Shown here: positions 27,801 through 39,932 of the stretch, piece after piece | How the letters are laid out: every line of letters starts with the position of its first letter | Numbering within the stretch: the stretch's first letter is position 1 | Source of the DNA: Lingula anatina | Taxonomy: Eukaryota; Animalia; Brachiopoda | Direction: 5' to 3' | DNA length: 64,000 bases | Assembly (NCBI GenBank): GCA_051362555.1 | Contig: CM120641.1 | Coordinates: forward strand, 3,224,001 to 3,288,000 | Notes under the pieces: generated by a model | What the model was told of the DNA's origin: nothing | The model's database searches: none | The model's input: only the letters and a program-made list of their open reading frames with translations | Program-made: the position numbers and the translations under genes

Positions 27801-30800
27801 CTTTACAGTGATAAGGCTGAAACTATATTCCCCATGAATGTCATCTTAATAAGCAATACAAAAGTGACACACAAAAAATCATTTTGGTGAGTCTGTACTG
27901 ACGTGCAAAAATAGACTGTAATTCAATAATACTGGAGAGAAAACAACCAGAAAAATATCCATGGATATAAATTCTGTCAGACTCTGCAGCCATTTTACAC
28001 TTGCTAGTGTGCAACTAGCAAGTGGCACAGACATGTACAAAGGATGAGAAAAGAAAACAGGGTGAAAAGAGCAACAGAGTTAGAGGTGGAGAGAAGGAGG
28101 CCTCCAGGTAGATCAAGGTTGACTTGGAGGGAGGTAGTGAATGCAGAAAGGAGACAGCTGCAAGCTGAAGATACAGAGCCTAGAAATAGACAAGATTGGA
28201 AGAAGGTCATATGTAGAAAAAGGTCCATGCCTAAACATACAGGACTGAAGAGCTGATATACAGATGATCAGATGGTGTTGATGATGATGAGACCACAGGC
28301 TAACATTAAAAAGGAACCAAATGTTACCTTTTGATTTCCCTACTTTACTGTGGACACTTGATGACCTCTGTAGCCCCATCTGGTATCTACGCAACACCTC
28401 GTCATCACTGTCACTTGATGTGTCATTTTCATATGCATAGGCAGTACCTGGAACAAATTTGATATTTAGAATATCTGATTTTTAATTAATTGAAAATTGA
28501 AACTTCCTAAAAAAATTAAAAGAGATTAACAAAAAAATGCATATATTTAACACATTAAAATCAAATTAAATATACTAAAATCCACACATCAAAAAGTAAG
28601 GAAAGCTTTTTCCATAGCAACAGATGAACAGATGTTTTATTAGCCGGGGATGATGTTTCAACATATCATGGATCCTATCACAGAGCACCACTCCATAGGA
28701 CAAAAAGCAGGAATGACACTTCAGCCAATGTATGACTCAAACTGATATTTTAATCTTTTTTTTTCTTTAAACAAAACATAAATATCATTAATCAACAAAA
28801 TGCAGTTTGCTTAGACTTGCCTTTTTCTCAAAAATCATTTAATAAATTGATAAATAGCCTACTTAAAAATTACACATTGCCCTGACATGAAGAATCTACC
28901 TTGAACAAAAATAAGTAGGTTTAAAGAAGGAGGTTTAAGTAAAATCAGTAAAACACTGTCCTAATCTTAATAGCATAAATAACTCACCTGATCTTCTGTT
29001 CCACATTTTTTCACAATTAATGTAAAAAAAAAATGCAATATTTCCAAAAACACCGTATGTCTTAGTAAACTTCACCCAGCAAATAACACTCTTACAAGGG
29101 CAGATAGCCTAGCATCACTTGGGAGTCATCATAATAATAAATCTCAAAAATGGCTACCCAGAGCCATCCTGTTAGGGGAAAATTTATGACTTCTTAAAGA
29201 CATTCCTGATCCAGCCCTTCCAGAGTTGACCAGTACCTGGACTTAGCGTAAACTAACTGGACAGGTGACTATACCCCTGGTGACAGACATTACATCAGAC
29301 TATTTGTTTGAGAAATGACAAGAAGCTTTCCTCTTCATAGTAACACTTCACAAATTGGTCACCAGTCCTGATTCCAGACTGGTTTTAAAAAGCAGACGAG
29401 AGTTATCTCGAGCGGGCTCTAAAAACTAAATAAGATGATGAGGCATATCTGGAATTGAAGGCAGCTTAGGTCTAACTGACAAAAGGTAAGACAACTTTTA
29501 GGGACCGTTCACATGCAAAATCTATTTTCTAAAAATCTATTTTCTATTCGCGATATCTTGTGATCACGGTCTGTGTCCTGAATACCCCCCAGCGTAATTA
29601 CTGCCAGCGCGAGCCAGTTACTTCCAAAGCTGTAATTAATTCTCGGCTGCGCTCGGAGTAATCACAAGATACCGCGAATAGAAAATAGATTTTTAGAAAA
29701 TAGATTTTTCATGTGAACGGAGTCTTAGTCTATCTTGGTCCAATCTAAGAGTCTTATATTTCTTTAAAATGTTTTAATCTTGTTTTAAGCTAATAATAGA
29801 AACAAGTCAGCTAAAGCTGATGTATAGACAGTCAACTTTTAATTTTGTAACCCTATACAGTTCTTGGGCCTTGACAACCAAGCCGAAACATTTCCTGAAA
29901 AGGCAGATCCAAAATTATAGTAAAATATACCAAAACAGCAAACATAATTTTAGTTTGCTTTTTGAACCAGTCCTTTGACCTATGAATAATTCATGTAAGT
30001 TTTAGACATAGTTTCCTTACTTGGTGTTAATACTGACGTTACACAAAATCTTTTTTTTTTTTTTTTTGTCAATTTCAATGCGATATGACATCATGTCAAC
30101 AGATGCTAGTGATGGATAGATGTAGACACAAAGTACCTGTCCATAAAAAATGTGAAGGTTCAACATGAGCAAAAGATAAGACAATGCTATGTTTTATTTC
30201 ACATATAAAATGCTTCAAAAATCTTAATTCTAATCAGCATCTGATTTTTAACAATACAAATTCTGCAAACCAAGGCAGATGCAGGTTGAGCGTGACCCTT
30301 CATCTTATTGACCTTTTCTTACATAAAAGGCATGAATACCATTAGTTTTTTCTTCTCCATTTTCTCCTGTGTTTGAAGTCTCCCTTTGCTCTTTTTCTTT
30401 AGAATCTTCCTTTGTGTTCTCACTGTTCTGATTGCCCACAGTTCTTGGTTTGTGAGGTTTCATGCAAAATGCTGGGAAGAAACAGCAAGTGGAACAAGAT
30501 GAGATGGTTCCACAGATTCCTTTGATCACTGACATCCTTCAAGTCAATGCCTTCATGTCAAAAAAATTAATGAAAATCATCCTGGGCCAAAAATATTTCT
30601 CCAGAAGTTGTCCATGTCTCCACGTCATACCTGTCTGCTCACATAGGTCTTCATTAAAATATCAAGGCATTAGGCACATAATGTCCAATGGTCCACTAAA
30701 TCCTTTCACCTTTCTTTGTAGATACCGTCTACTAAAGGCAACTCCTACCTGTAACTCTCTTTAATATGTTTGGTCCGAGATATATTCACAGTTATAGATT

Positions 30801-33151
30801 TCTCCTTTCTGCAAAAAAATCTCTTTTTATTCAATTATTTAACAAGTCAGTACTGTAGTATCTGTTGTATGACGTTAATCAAATAACGTCATGGTTTGGC
30901 TTCCATCTTCAAATGCTATCTTTTTTTTTTTGGCATTCCATGTCCTTTGGGATACTCAGGTCAACTCAGCTGGTCTTTTTTTGGAGTATGGATTTTGTTT
31001 CTGCACCCCCTTCCACATTTAAAGTCCACAAAGGTCCTGAGGAGGAAGTCAATCAGTCACGTTGATGGTCGTATCTTTGGTGGTTATAACTCCTGAGTCC
31101 CTCACAGTCTCTCCTGGCTGACTACAGATATCAACCGTTTCCCAAGACAATAAAAATTATAGGTTTACATATGAAAATATGGTAAGATACACTGACTTAA
31201 TAGATACTGGACGTTATCTGCAGCCAGTCAATATCCAGATGTGATTAAGCAAATGGACAGAATTTTTGGTCCAAGGAACATCAGTCACATTACCTGTGTG
31301 GAGTGAAATCTCTGAAATTTAAATCTAGCCACAAACCGTGTGTAGTAAAATCTTTGAAATTGAAGTCAAGTACTCACAAAGAGTTCTGTCTGCTGAAAAT
31401 GGGTTACTGTTGGCTATAGCAGTCAATAAAAAAAGAGCCCTCATTTAAATCAGGTCTAAACTTTATGCTCTGTCTGATGGCGCTGATACAGATTTAGGTC
31501 ACAGAACAACACCATAACATAAAAGCTTACCTTAATTTTTCTGCCACATATAAAACAATAGGAACATTTAAAAAATATCTCTTCTGCAAACTGCACATAA
31601 AATGTTTACCAAAATGTTACATTTCTCATATAAAAACCAAAATATGCAGCACTGATTTGCATAAATATGTACTACAAAAGTCTTATGGTACCTTGGCATG
31701 CAACAGTCGCTCTTCCCTCACTGTTTTATTATCCAAGTACAAAGTCAATTCATAAATGTGTTATAGAGTTGACTTCAAGTTTACTGAGTAGTTCATGTTA
31801 TTTAAATATTGCAATTGACAGTCCTCCCAAAACAATCCTTAAAAGTACATATGAACCGAGCGTTGGTGGAGCGTGGATTCCCATTAACGCGTATAATTAA
31901 ACCACCATGACAAGCCTTGAAGGTATAAACCACTAAATAACTTAATCAAATAGAAAGCTAGCAGAAGAATCGGTTCAAATATGAATTTTTGGGTAATAGT
32001 ATAATTCAAGGTGTGAGACAACACATTGTACAGCGTGCTGTATCCAGAAGACCATTTCTTGGTTGTTATAACAAATACAATATAATACCTGTGACTACAA
32101 GTATGTTTATAAAGCTCACATATATATATCCATGTTTTTTTTTTCTCTGACAACAAGCCAAATTTATTTGATTTAAAAAAAGGTGAGTTCAAATACTATA
32201 TTTGTTTGCTTAAATTTTATAACTGATAGTTGAATCATTTGCTAAAAGTTATAGCTAAGGTGCAATATAAGATGATAATACAAAATCTAATATAGAAATG
32301 TTTATGGGTAGATTGCCCAATTTTCATTTAAAAGAAATTGAAGAATGAAATCCTTATAAATATACAAAAACATTATTTTAACTTTTAAATTGTTCTGCAT
32401 TTTAGAAAAGTTAAATATCTTTTGCTGATAAGTTAATATGCAAAGCACAGGACCTTACCTAATTCTTTTACTTTATCCTTCTTGTCCTTGGGCCTGTCTA
32501 TGCATGGGAAGCCTCCACAATCTTTGAAGCAGAGCTGTTTATTGAGGTACAGAAAGAAGACGAGAAGCAGCAGCATAAAACACACCACAGCACCCAGGAA
32601 TGCATAGGCTTCAATTGGGACTAAAATAAATATATAGAAATAATATTAAATTTAAAAAAAAAACCTATTTCATTTATTTTCAATAGAAGGCATCAAAGAC
32701 ATATGATATGTGAAACCTAAGGCAGATGTCACAGTCTCAGTTCCATGATAAAATCTCACAATGCTACCTATATTGATAGTTATAGAGCATAAAAAAAAAA
32801 CAGAGAAGGAGTATATTATAATGTTCTGAGATACATATCATATGAAATTGTTTAGTAGTTATATAATATGGTCTCGAGCAGATAAATACAGGTTGCCACC
32901 TATATATAGTAGCACATATAAGTTAGTCATGAACCTGCTTTATTTTTAATGCTAATACCAAAAGGGTTGTTGAGAAGGGAAGACCCAGACACAGGATATG
33001 TTACATGCACCCCCACTCAGTACACATGAAAGAATCATCTGTCAAGTTAATATGCCATGGTACAAGTACAATACAACACTCACAAGGTGATTGTGACATC
33101 CATTTGTGCTTCACACTTTTTAATGTGTATATGTTTGTAGTGCTTGATTAT

Positions 33152-33185
<34 letters not shown>

Positions 33186-36100
33186 CTACACACTTCTTTG
33201 GTTTATATTGTTTCTACTTGTAATTTGAATAGTTTTGATGATTTGGGTTGCACTGCAATTGAAATATTCATGCTTGATACACACCTCAAACCAGTTTCAA
33301 GTTGTACTCTTAATGTACCATGTTCCTTGGTTGACCTGTTCACATACCAGCATTCACCCATAACTTTTCAATGGGACATTTAATATATTGAATTCTATAA
33401 CAGCACAAAGCCTGCCTGGCATTGGACAGTGTAGATATGTGAGTTCAATGCAACACGATCACTATCATCCTCAGGGCACGACCTCAGGGCTGAATTTACA
33501 TGTCCTTCTTTTTTTTTATGTATTGTTATCATTACAGTGTATAACCCTTCTTCTACATCAAGCACTGCAGTAACAATATCATTCTGGTTTTTGGGTTATT
33601 ATTTCTGTCATGATTCTTCAGAATGTGAGTTATTTTCACTATCATCCTCGTGGCACGACCCCAAGAATGAATTTACATGTCCATCTTATTTTCTTCAAGT
33701 TGTCATTACAATCTAGAACCCTTCTACATCAAATAATACAGAAACATCATTCTGCATGGTTTCTGGGTTATTATTTCTATCCTAGCATAATTTTTCAGAA
33801 TTTGAGTTATTTGCTCTACCTCTAGGAACTCACCATTTTGACTGATGATGTTGAAAAAAAAAGCCCACAGGCTGGAAACAACAGGCTCCAATCTGGGTAA
33901 AATTTAATCTAGGTTCACTAAGGTAACATAGTAAATGGTAAACTTTTTCAGAAAATGAACCCCTGTGAAATTGCTGGTTACAGGCCTGAAAAAGTAGCAC
34001 CTTACCTGTCATTCCAATGAGTCTGTGGAGCAGACACACATCTATCTAGGTGCTGAATTCATGTAATGAACTGCCCGTATATTTTCAACTGTGAATGTTC
34101 ATACATAGATAATTGAATTCTGTTTACACAAGTTTCTTGTAATGAGTCACATATTGCATTTGTGTTTTGTCAGGCCTGCAAGTTTGTTTAAAATCTTGTG
34201 TTATTTCTTTATTTATCTGTCCTCTCACATTCAAATGTCTCTGTCATTAAATATAAGCAACACATTAAGTCAATTTTTTCTGTGGTAAATGTGATAGTTA
34301 ACTTTCTTGATCAACAACTTCCCATCAGACAAGGAGTGAAAAGTATTATAACTGCAGTAATCTTTTCTTCGTACAACAAACCATATTGTTAGACAGATAC
34401 AATTACACGAGTTATTAAACTCTCTAACAGTTTTATCATTTCTTCAGGCCCCTTCACACATGGCACCATCACAGGTAAGGGGTCAATCTAGAACTACGTA
34501 ACCTGATATTTTAGACAAATATTACCAAAGAATCAGTTGCAAAAATTTATTTAATGATATTCGAAAAACTTGGCAATTTTTTCTTCATTTAATTGCCATA
34601 CCAACACTTATTAATAGAGGATACCACTGCAAGCAACAGTACATTTGAAAAGTGAATTATGACAAGAATGGCAGCACTGACCAAGGTGTTTATGTGCATA
34701 CAGTAAGCATATGCCTATCACACCACTGATCATTTCCAAATACAATACAAAGTATCCGGCAAAACCCTTTAATTTGATTATTCTAATGTAATATCCTGTA
34801 CAGTCTTCCTGTACAAGATATTAAAAGCCAAAAGTCTCTATTGCAATCTGCCAAACCCTGTGAAGAATTCTAAACAGGTCCAGAACTCAGCAGTCAACTC
34901 AGTAGCATTTATCAGGTCTCAATTTGACTGCCAGATGATAAGAACAAGATAGGGAATATCCAGTGATTTAAGTGCCATTTAAACAATATAATTAAACAAA
35001 TTTTTTTAGAAGTATCCATGAGTACATGGGTAATCTACTAAGAATAATGTTTTTGGACGTAACTGTAATTCCTTGTTAAACAAATTAAGAAATGCATCTG
35101 TTGTGTTGCCACATTAAAAACCATAAGAAGTTTTAAGTTAAACTTGATGCGAGCGCTCTATCAGGACCACTTTCCCTGACTGGGTTTCAACGCAGGCCTA
35201 CAAAAAAGAAGATCTGTTGAGGATTGTTCCCCAGCATTTGAATATCATTTCCCTTCCCATAATGAAAATCATACATTTAAATTCATCCCTCTCTGCTCCT
35301 TACCAATTTTGTTCAAGACAGTTCATCAATATCATCAGCAGTTGATTTTCTGATTTTTTTATTTTTAGATAAGAATAGATAAGAAATGTTTAGATAAGAA
35401 ATGTTTGAAAAATTACAGAGGTTAAAAGAAACTACCAAGGGGTGATATTATACTTTGGAATCGCCCTGGCATGCAAGCTTTACACAACAATTACAGCTAA
35501 AGCAAACCCTTTCCAACCAAAACTCCGTATCACAACTTTCACAACTTTCACCAGCTTGACTGAATCATGTACATTAGTTCACTTCTTTCTTAGCCAGGGG
35601 CGGATTTAGGCCGTCTTCTGGGTCTTCCGGAAGACGGTCAGATTTTTAAGTTTACATTGACGGGTATCTAATGTTTTCTGTTGGAAGACGGTCAAAATTG
35701 GAAGATGGATTAACAAAGATAATTTAGAAGACTGTCAGAAAATACCTCTGGATCCGCCCCTGTTAGCTGTCTAGGTGTGAAATGGCTTGAGCTCTTGGTT
35801 TTTGCCTTAGCTTTAATAAGATCTTCCTATATCACTGTAGCATATCACTTTATCACTATAACACAGACAATATTCTTAACTCTTTCTTTTTATGGGCCAA
35901 ATTAGAAATTTTGAGCTTTTTGTTATGTAGACAGCTCATCAAATGAAGGCCATAGTACATCCTGATGAAGTATACATTCAGGGACATAATTTGTTCTTTA
36001 ATCGCAGTTAACCCATATATCATGCAGTTTAGTCACTGATCAAAGAATATGTGATCGTGCCACTGACTTTGGAAATAAGTCTGGGACTTCCTTTAAGGGC

Positions 36101-39100
36101 CCACGGGATAAGTGTAGCTGTGTTAATGAAAATAATGAAAAGGTCATCTAATCTGATCAAATCTTTGGCTACAGAAATGGCACATTCGTGTATTCAGCAA
36201 ATGCCAACCTGGGCTTGATTGACTTCCATATCCCATAAATTTTAATTAAAAAATGAACATAGTGTGACTTATCATAAATGTAATAATATGTGTATGATAC
36301 AAGCTCTCAATGTGGAGTGGATCTACCCTCTACCAAGGCCACGGATTGATTTTTTAATAGAAAAGTTTATAGATCTGTGACCCGGGCTGAGGGTCGAGTG
36401 GATAAGTGGGACCTGTAAGGCCACTGCATAGGGCACATACTCAATATATAAAACTACTGTTCTACATAGATCAATCCAACTCCGGGGGGACTCTTGCTGA
36501 ATGCAAGCAAATTAACAGATTAAATGACTCTTCCTGACTTTGAAGAAAATACAGAAAAGCTGGTGATCTTATGAGTATGTTGGAAACAAGATCTTTTCCC
36601 TTTAAATAATAATTTCAAAGTTTTCACTGTAAGGGTGCTTTCCCAGAGATTTAGATCAATCTAAAGATTAAGATTTAGATCGACCTAACTCCCTGGGGGT
36701 TCACGCTAAATTGCAGTCAGCCGAGTGGGCACCATAGTTAATTACCCCCTTACAGCTTTAAGTAGGCGGGACAGACGCTTATGCTGGCCAAGCTGACAGT
36801 AATCTAGTGAGACTACCCACAGGGATAGATCGATCTAAAAATCTATGGAAATGGGGTGTAAGACACATTGACATATCTTAGCTTTAACAGTGGCAACTGA
36901 ACACTTTCATTTTTGACTTGTTAGTACATTTTGCACTACATCATAATGCATCACACTTCTAAAAGTAGCATTGTGCTAAAAGACCTATGTGTGTACTGTA
37001 TGTGTGTTATCATTTTCAATAAATTACATTGCTATTTAATCTAGCTCCTACATTGGAAGGCTGTTATATGTTATGTTGTTCATAAATAAGATATAGGCAG
37101 TAACTTCCTAATATCATATTGTTCCTTAATTGCACTGACACATATCATGTCATCAACAGGAGACTACGTAATCACAGAAAAAAAAGGGGATCTTCTGTTA
37201 AAAAGTCTGCCAAAAAGTGTCAAACTCCAAACACAAACCACACTAGTCTTTCTGAACATTTCATAACCTCAAAAATTTAGATCAATTAAAGTTATACATG
37301 ATATTTATTCACAAAATTTCTGACCAAACTCAGTATTAAGAAACGTCTAATCTTGTTGATCAGATATAATAATGTTATATTTCTTTAAATTTTGTTTATT
37401 GCTGTAGTTTGTTCTCAGCATATTCTGCCTTGAAAAAATTCTCCAATACCAATTATCGTCACTGTAACATGTAACACATCCATTAGATACCAGGATTTTT
37501 GACACACCATGTATTAATCTTTTCTGTCTGCAATGCACAAAAAATTGATTACAGCCTTTTTCATTATTTATTCATGTCCTTTTTAAAGGCATGCTTATCC
37601 CACTGACCTGCATACAGAATGCAATTACTATGATAAAACAAAATTTGTAATTTTATACTTTATCAAAAGAGAGTCAATTTCTAAGCATTCCTGTTATAAA
37701 ACAACTAAGAATATAAACCCTAGAAACCCTAGTACAACATTTTCACATGCCAACATGACCTTAAGAAAACTGACTGCCAATTTTAAAGGTTTTGTAACAA
37801 GGTTTCAAAAATGAGGTTTTTCCTGAATCTAATTATATATATAATTCAATAATGTATCAATCTTTGAGCTGATGTAAAAAAATCTCCTCGAAAAATATAA
37901 AATATAGGCGTTTATATTTCTTGTTGCAATGTGTAAACATAGGCAACTCAAAGCTTTAATCATCAATTTAACACCTTTCTATTTTGATGTGAGATAAATT
38001 GCTATGGAGCATAACTTCATCCCCGAACAAGATTTTATCACAAAAATGGGCAGAGTTGACCACAAGTGGATAGGCTACGATCCCGTGTCAATTTGGTTTA
38101 CATGTTTTTGTTATGGAGTCATGGGCCCCTGACTACAGATTTTCATTAAACAAAGACAATATTTTGCTTTATCAACAATAAAATCTGAACTAAGGCATTT
38201 AAGAGAAATCGCTGGCATGGTTTTGAAGTACTCAATGGTGTCATTAAATTGGTGTTAAAATGGTGTTCATGGGTGCTCAGGTAAAGGAGAAATTTGAGAA
38301 ACTGATTTTTTCAATATTATCCTAAAATCGCAATTATGATGTCACCCATAAACGTCATGTATGAAAATGTTAATTAATTTAGTCGATGAACACTGAAGGT
38401 TTATCTGTTATCCAAAAGAATGTATGCAAGGCAGTAATTAACTAGTTTTTGGAGAATGGTAACAGTATCCTTATGCATGAAGAGTACTTTGAACACAATA
38501 CTTGTGATATTTGTTGGAAAAATAGCCAATTCTAAAAAAGCTTATCCACTGAAAATAGGATATTCCATCTCCAAGGCAAAGAGTAATCTGATTTCGGTAA
38601 GTGAATAAAACCAAAGCAAAAAATATAACCTCTGTTTTCTTGGGTAGTTAGTGCCATAAAACACAATAATTGTTTCCTGGTAAAATAGCGAATTCTAAAA
38701 TAGTTATCTTAGTTGCATCATCATTGAAAATGTGATATGCATGCTCTGGGGCTAAGAGTAAACTGATTTCTAGTAAAGTGAATATCACTATACTAGAGGC
38801 AACAAATGTAAATAATATTTGTTTTCTTGAGTAAGTTATACTTTATTAAAAAAAAACTTTTTTTACTAAAATAAGATGGTCTTACTTTAGCGACAGGATA
38901 TCCTTTTCTATGCATTTTCCTTTCCCCCTTTTTCCTTTATTCCTTTCTTCCATTCTCTCCATTGACTCTATCTACCATTTCTGACAGTGTTACATCATCA
39001 TTCAGAAAAGACTACTCCAAGAGATCAAGAGACAAATTTGAGACAGTGGCAAATCACTTAAGTTATCAAAATCTCCTTACCCTGAAAACTATACTTGACA

Positions 39101-39219
39101 AATGTCTCCTCTGTCTGAGTAGGAAGAGAAGTCTCCATTAAAATGTCATCAGCCATCACCTCTGTGTCATTCTCACTCCTTAGTGACAGATTGGAGAAAA
39201 GTTCATGTGTCCAATTCAT
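20245..39219 (-). CDS. SYT14: Synaptotagmin-14-like protein (TM plus tandem C2 domains), about 534 aa with the best-supported first exon
   Basis: Phase-consistent GT-AG exons: 39081-39219 (candidate first exon), 32459-32620 (TM: [39 protein letters not shown]), 28328-28447, 26641-26787, 23894-23985, 23128-23410 and 22535-22692 (C2A), 21830-22019, 21087-21299 and 20245-20345 (C2B, ending [32 protein letters not shown]). [24 protein letters not shown] and [20 protein letters not shown] are SYT14/16 hallmarks; the TM exon points to SYT14. Confidence 0.93.
21735..21810. repeat. (TA)n microsatellite followed by a T run
   Basis: About 33 TA units, ~20 nt from a SYT14 splice donor. Confidence 0.95.
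24415..26350 (+). mobile_element. Helentron-associated non-autonomous element (HINE/DINE-1-like) with an internal ~146-bp satellite
   Basis: 5' hairpin (AGAGGCG..CGCCTCT) and subterminal GTACCACCAGC (24454-24464) inverted to GCTGGTGGTAC (26334-26344). It also has a 3' 30-bp palindrome (26316-26345), a GC-rich 9-bp microsatellite (26234-26285) and about 5 tandem units at ~24800-25540. Confidence 0.75.
28010..28290 (+). mobile_element. 5'-truncated RTE-clade LINE remnant
   Basis: Translation [33 protein letters not shown] matches the post-RT C-terminus of RTE elements (W.GHV.RM..RPRGRP..TW..DR..W), followed by a degenerate (GAT)n tail. Confidence 0.8.
29501..29724. mobile_element. PIF/Harbinger (Tourist-like) MITE, 224 bp, TSD TTA
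   Basis: About 64-bp inverted arms (CCGTTCACATG.AAAATCTATTTTCTAAAAATCTATTTTCTATTCGCG.TATCTTGTGAT); TTA at 29498-29500 and 29725-29727. Confidence 0.85.
33155..33183. repeat. (AC)n microsatellite
   Basis: Directly visible. Confidence 0.9.
33460..33812. repeat. Diverged tandem duplication, about 177 bp x2
   Basis: CACTATCATCCTC..GGCACGACC..TGAATTTACATGTCC..TGGGTTATTATTTCT..TCAGAAT.TGAGTTATTT occurs starting at 33460 and 33637. Confidence 0.85.
35595..35762. mobile_element. MITE, 168 bp, TIR CAGGGGCGGAT, 5-bp TSD TTAGC
   Basis: CAGGGGCGGAT at 35595 and ATCCGCCCCTG ending at 35762; TTAGC at 35590-35594 and 35763-35767; internal repeated GAAGACGGTCA motifs. Confidence 0.85.
36633..36858. mobile_element. 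Harbinger-like MITE, 226 bp, TSD TAA, degenerate TIRs
   Basis: TAA on both flanks; arms share TT.CCA.AGATT..AGATC.ATCTA. The interior TTTAGATCGACCTAACTCCCTGGGGGTTCACGCTAAAT recurs exactly near 59294-59330 and degenerately near 36467-36505. Confidence 0.7.
38517..38840. repeat. Old diverged tandem duplication, about 135-165 bp x2
   Basis: AAAATAGC.AATTCTAAAA, AAGAGTAA.CTGATTTC, AAGTGAATA and TGTTTTCTTG each occur twice in the same order. Confidence 0.6.
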
Positions 39220-39932
39220 CCTGCTGCTGTCCTTTTCTATCAGTCTTAGTGCAAATTTTTCAGCAGATTTTACCTTAATCTACACCATGAAATCTCACTA
39301 AAGTCCACTTGGTGCCAATGGGCAAAGCGGATTCAACATTGCATCCTCCTATTTTTGTTGCTTTCCACTCAGTTCTCAATGGAATCAATTTTTCAATAAT
39401 GATAAAGTGAGAAGCATTCCTTACGCCTCTCACTCCGGATGGATGTAAAAATGTATGTGGTAATGTGAAACAAGTGCCACCGCATTGTTTCAAGTTCACT
39501 CTTTGCAAAGTAATTCCAGTGAAATCCCACAAAATGTTAAGGAAGTTAGATCAATAAGTTATTTGGATCTGACCACACAGTGTCTAGGAAACTCTCTAGA
39601 CAATTGTCATCCAATAACAAAACAATTTAGAGATTCAATACACTGTCAAAAGAAGATTAGCGCAGATGTTTACACCTACCAGTTTCACTCGTTACCACAC
39701 ACTAGATTCTATTTTGTGACCATGCTTATTAATAAGATATATAATTGTCAATACCTAACATTATGCTGGTTGGAATATGTACTTCAAATTTCTTTTGTAT
39801 TTGGTAGATAATACTGGAATAATACCAAAACTACCATTATGAAAACAATTTTTCCAACTGCTAATTTGCAGGCATATCGACATATATTCCCACAAGTTCA
39901 GTGGAAGAATAAATCCACTTGGCAAAAGATAA

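Noticed and set aside
38885-38962. Lys/Glu-rich minus-strand segment ending at AAA|gtaaga as a SYT14 first exon
   Set aside because: Its ATG frames end in phase 0 or 2, which do not fit the TM exon directly; it would need the uncertain 33834-33892 exon.
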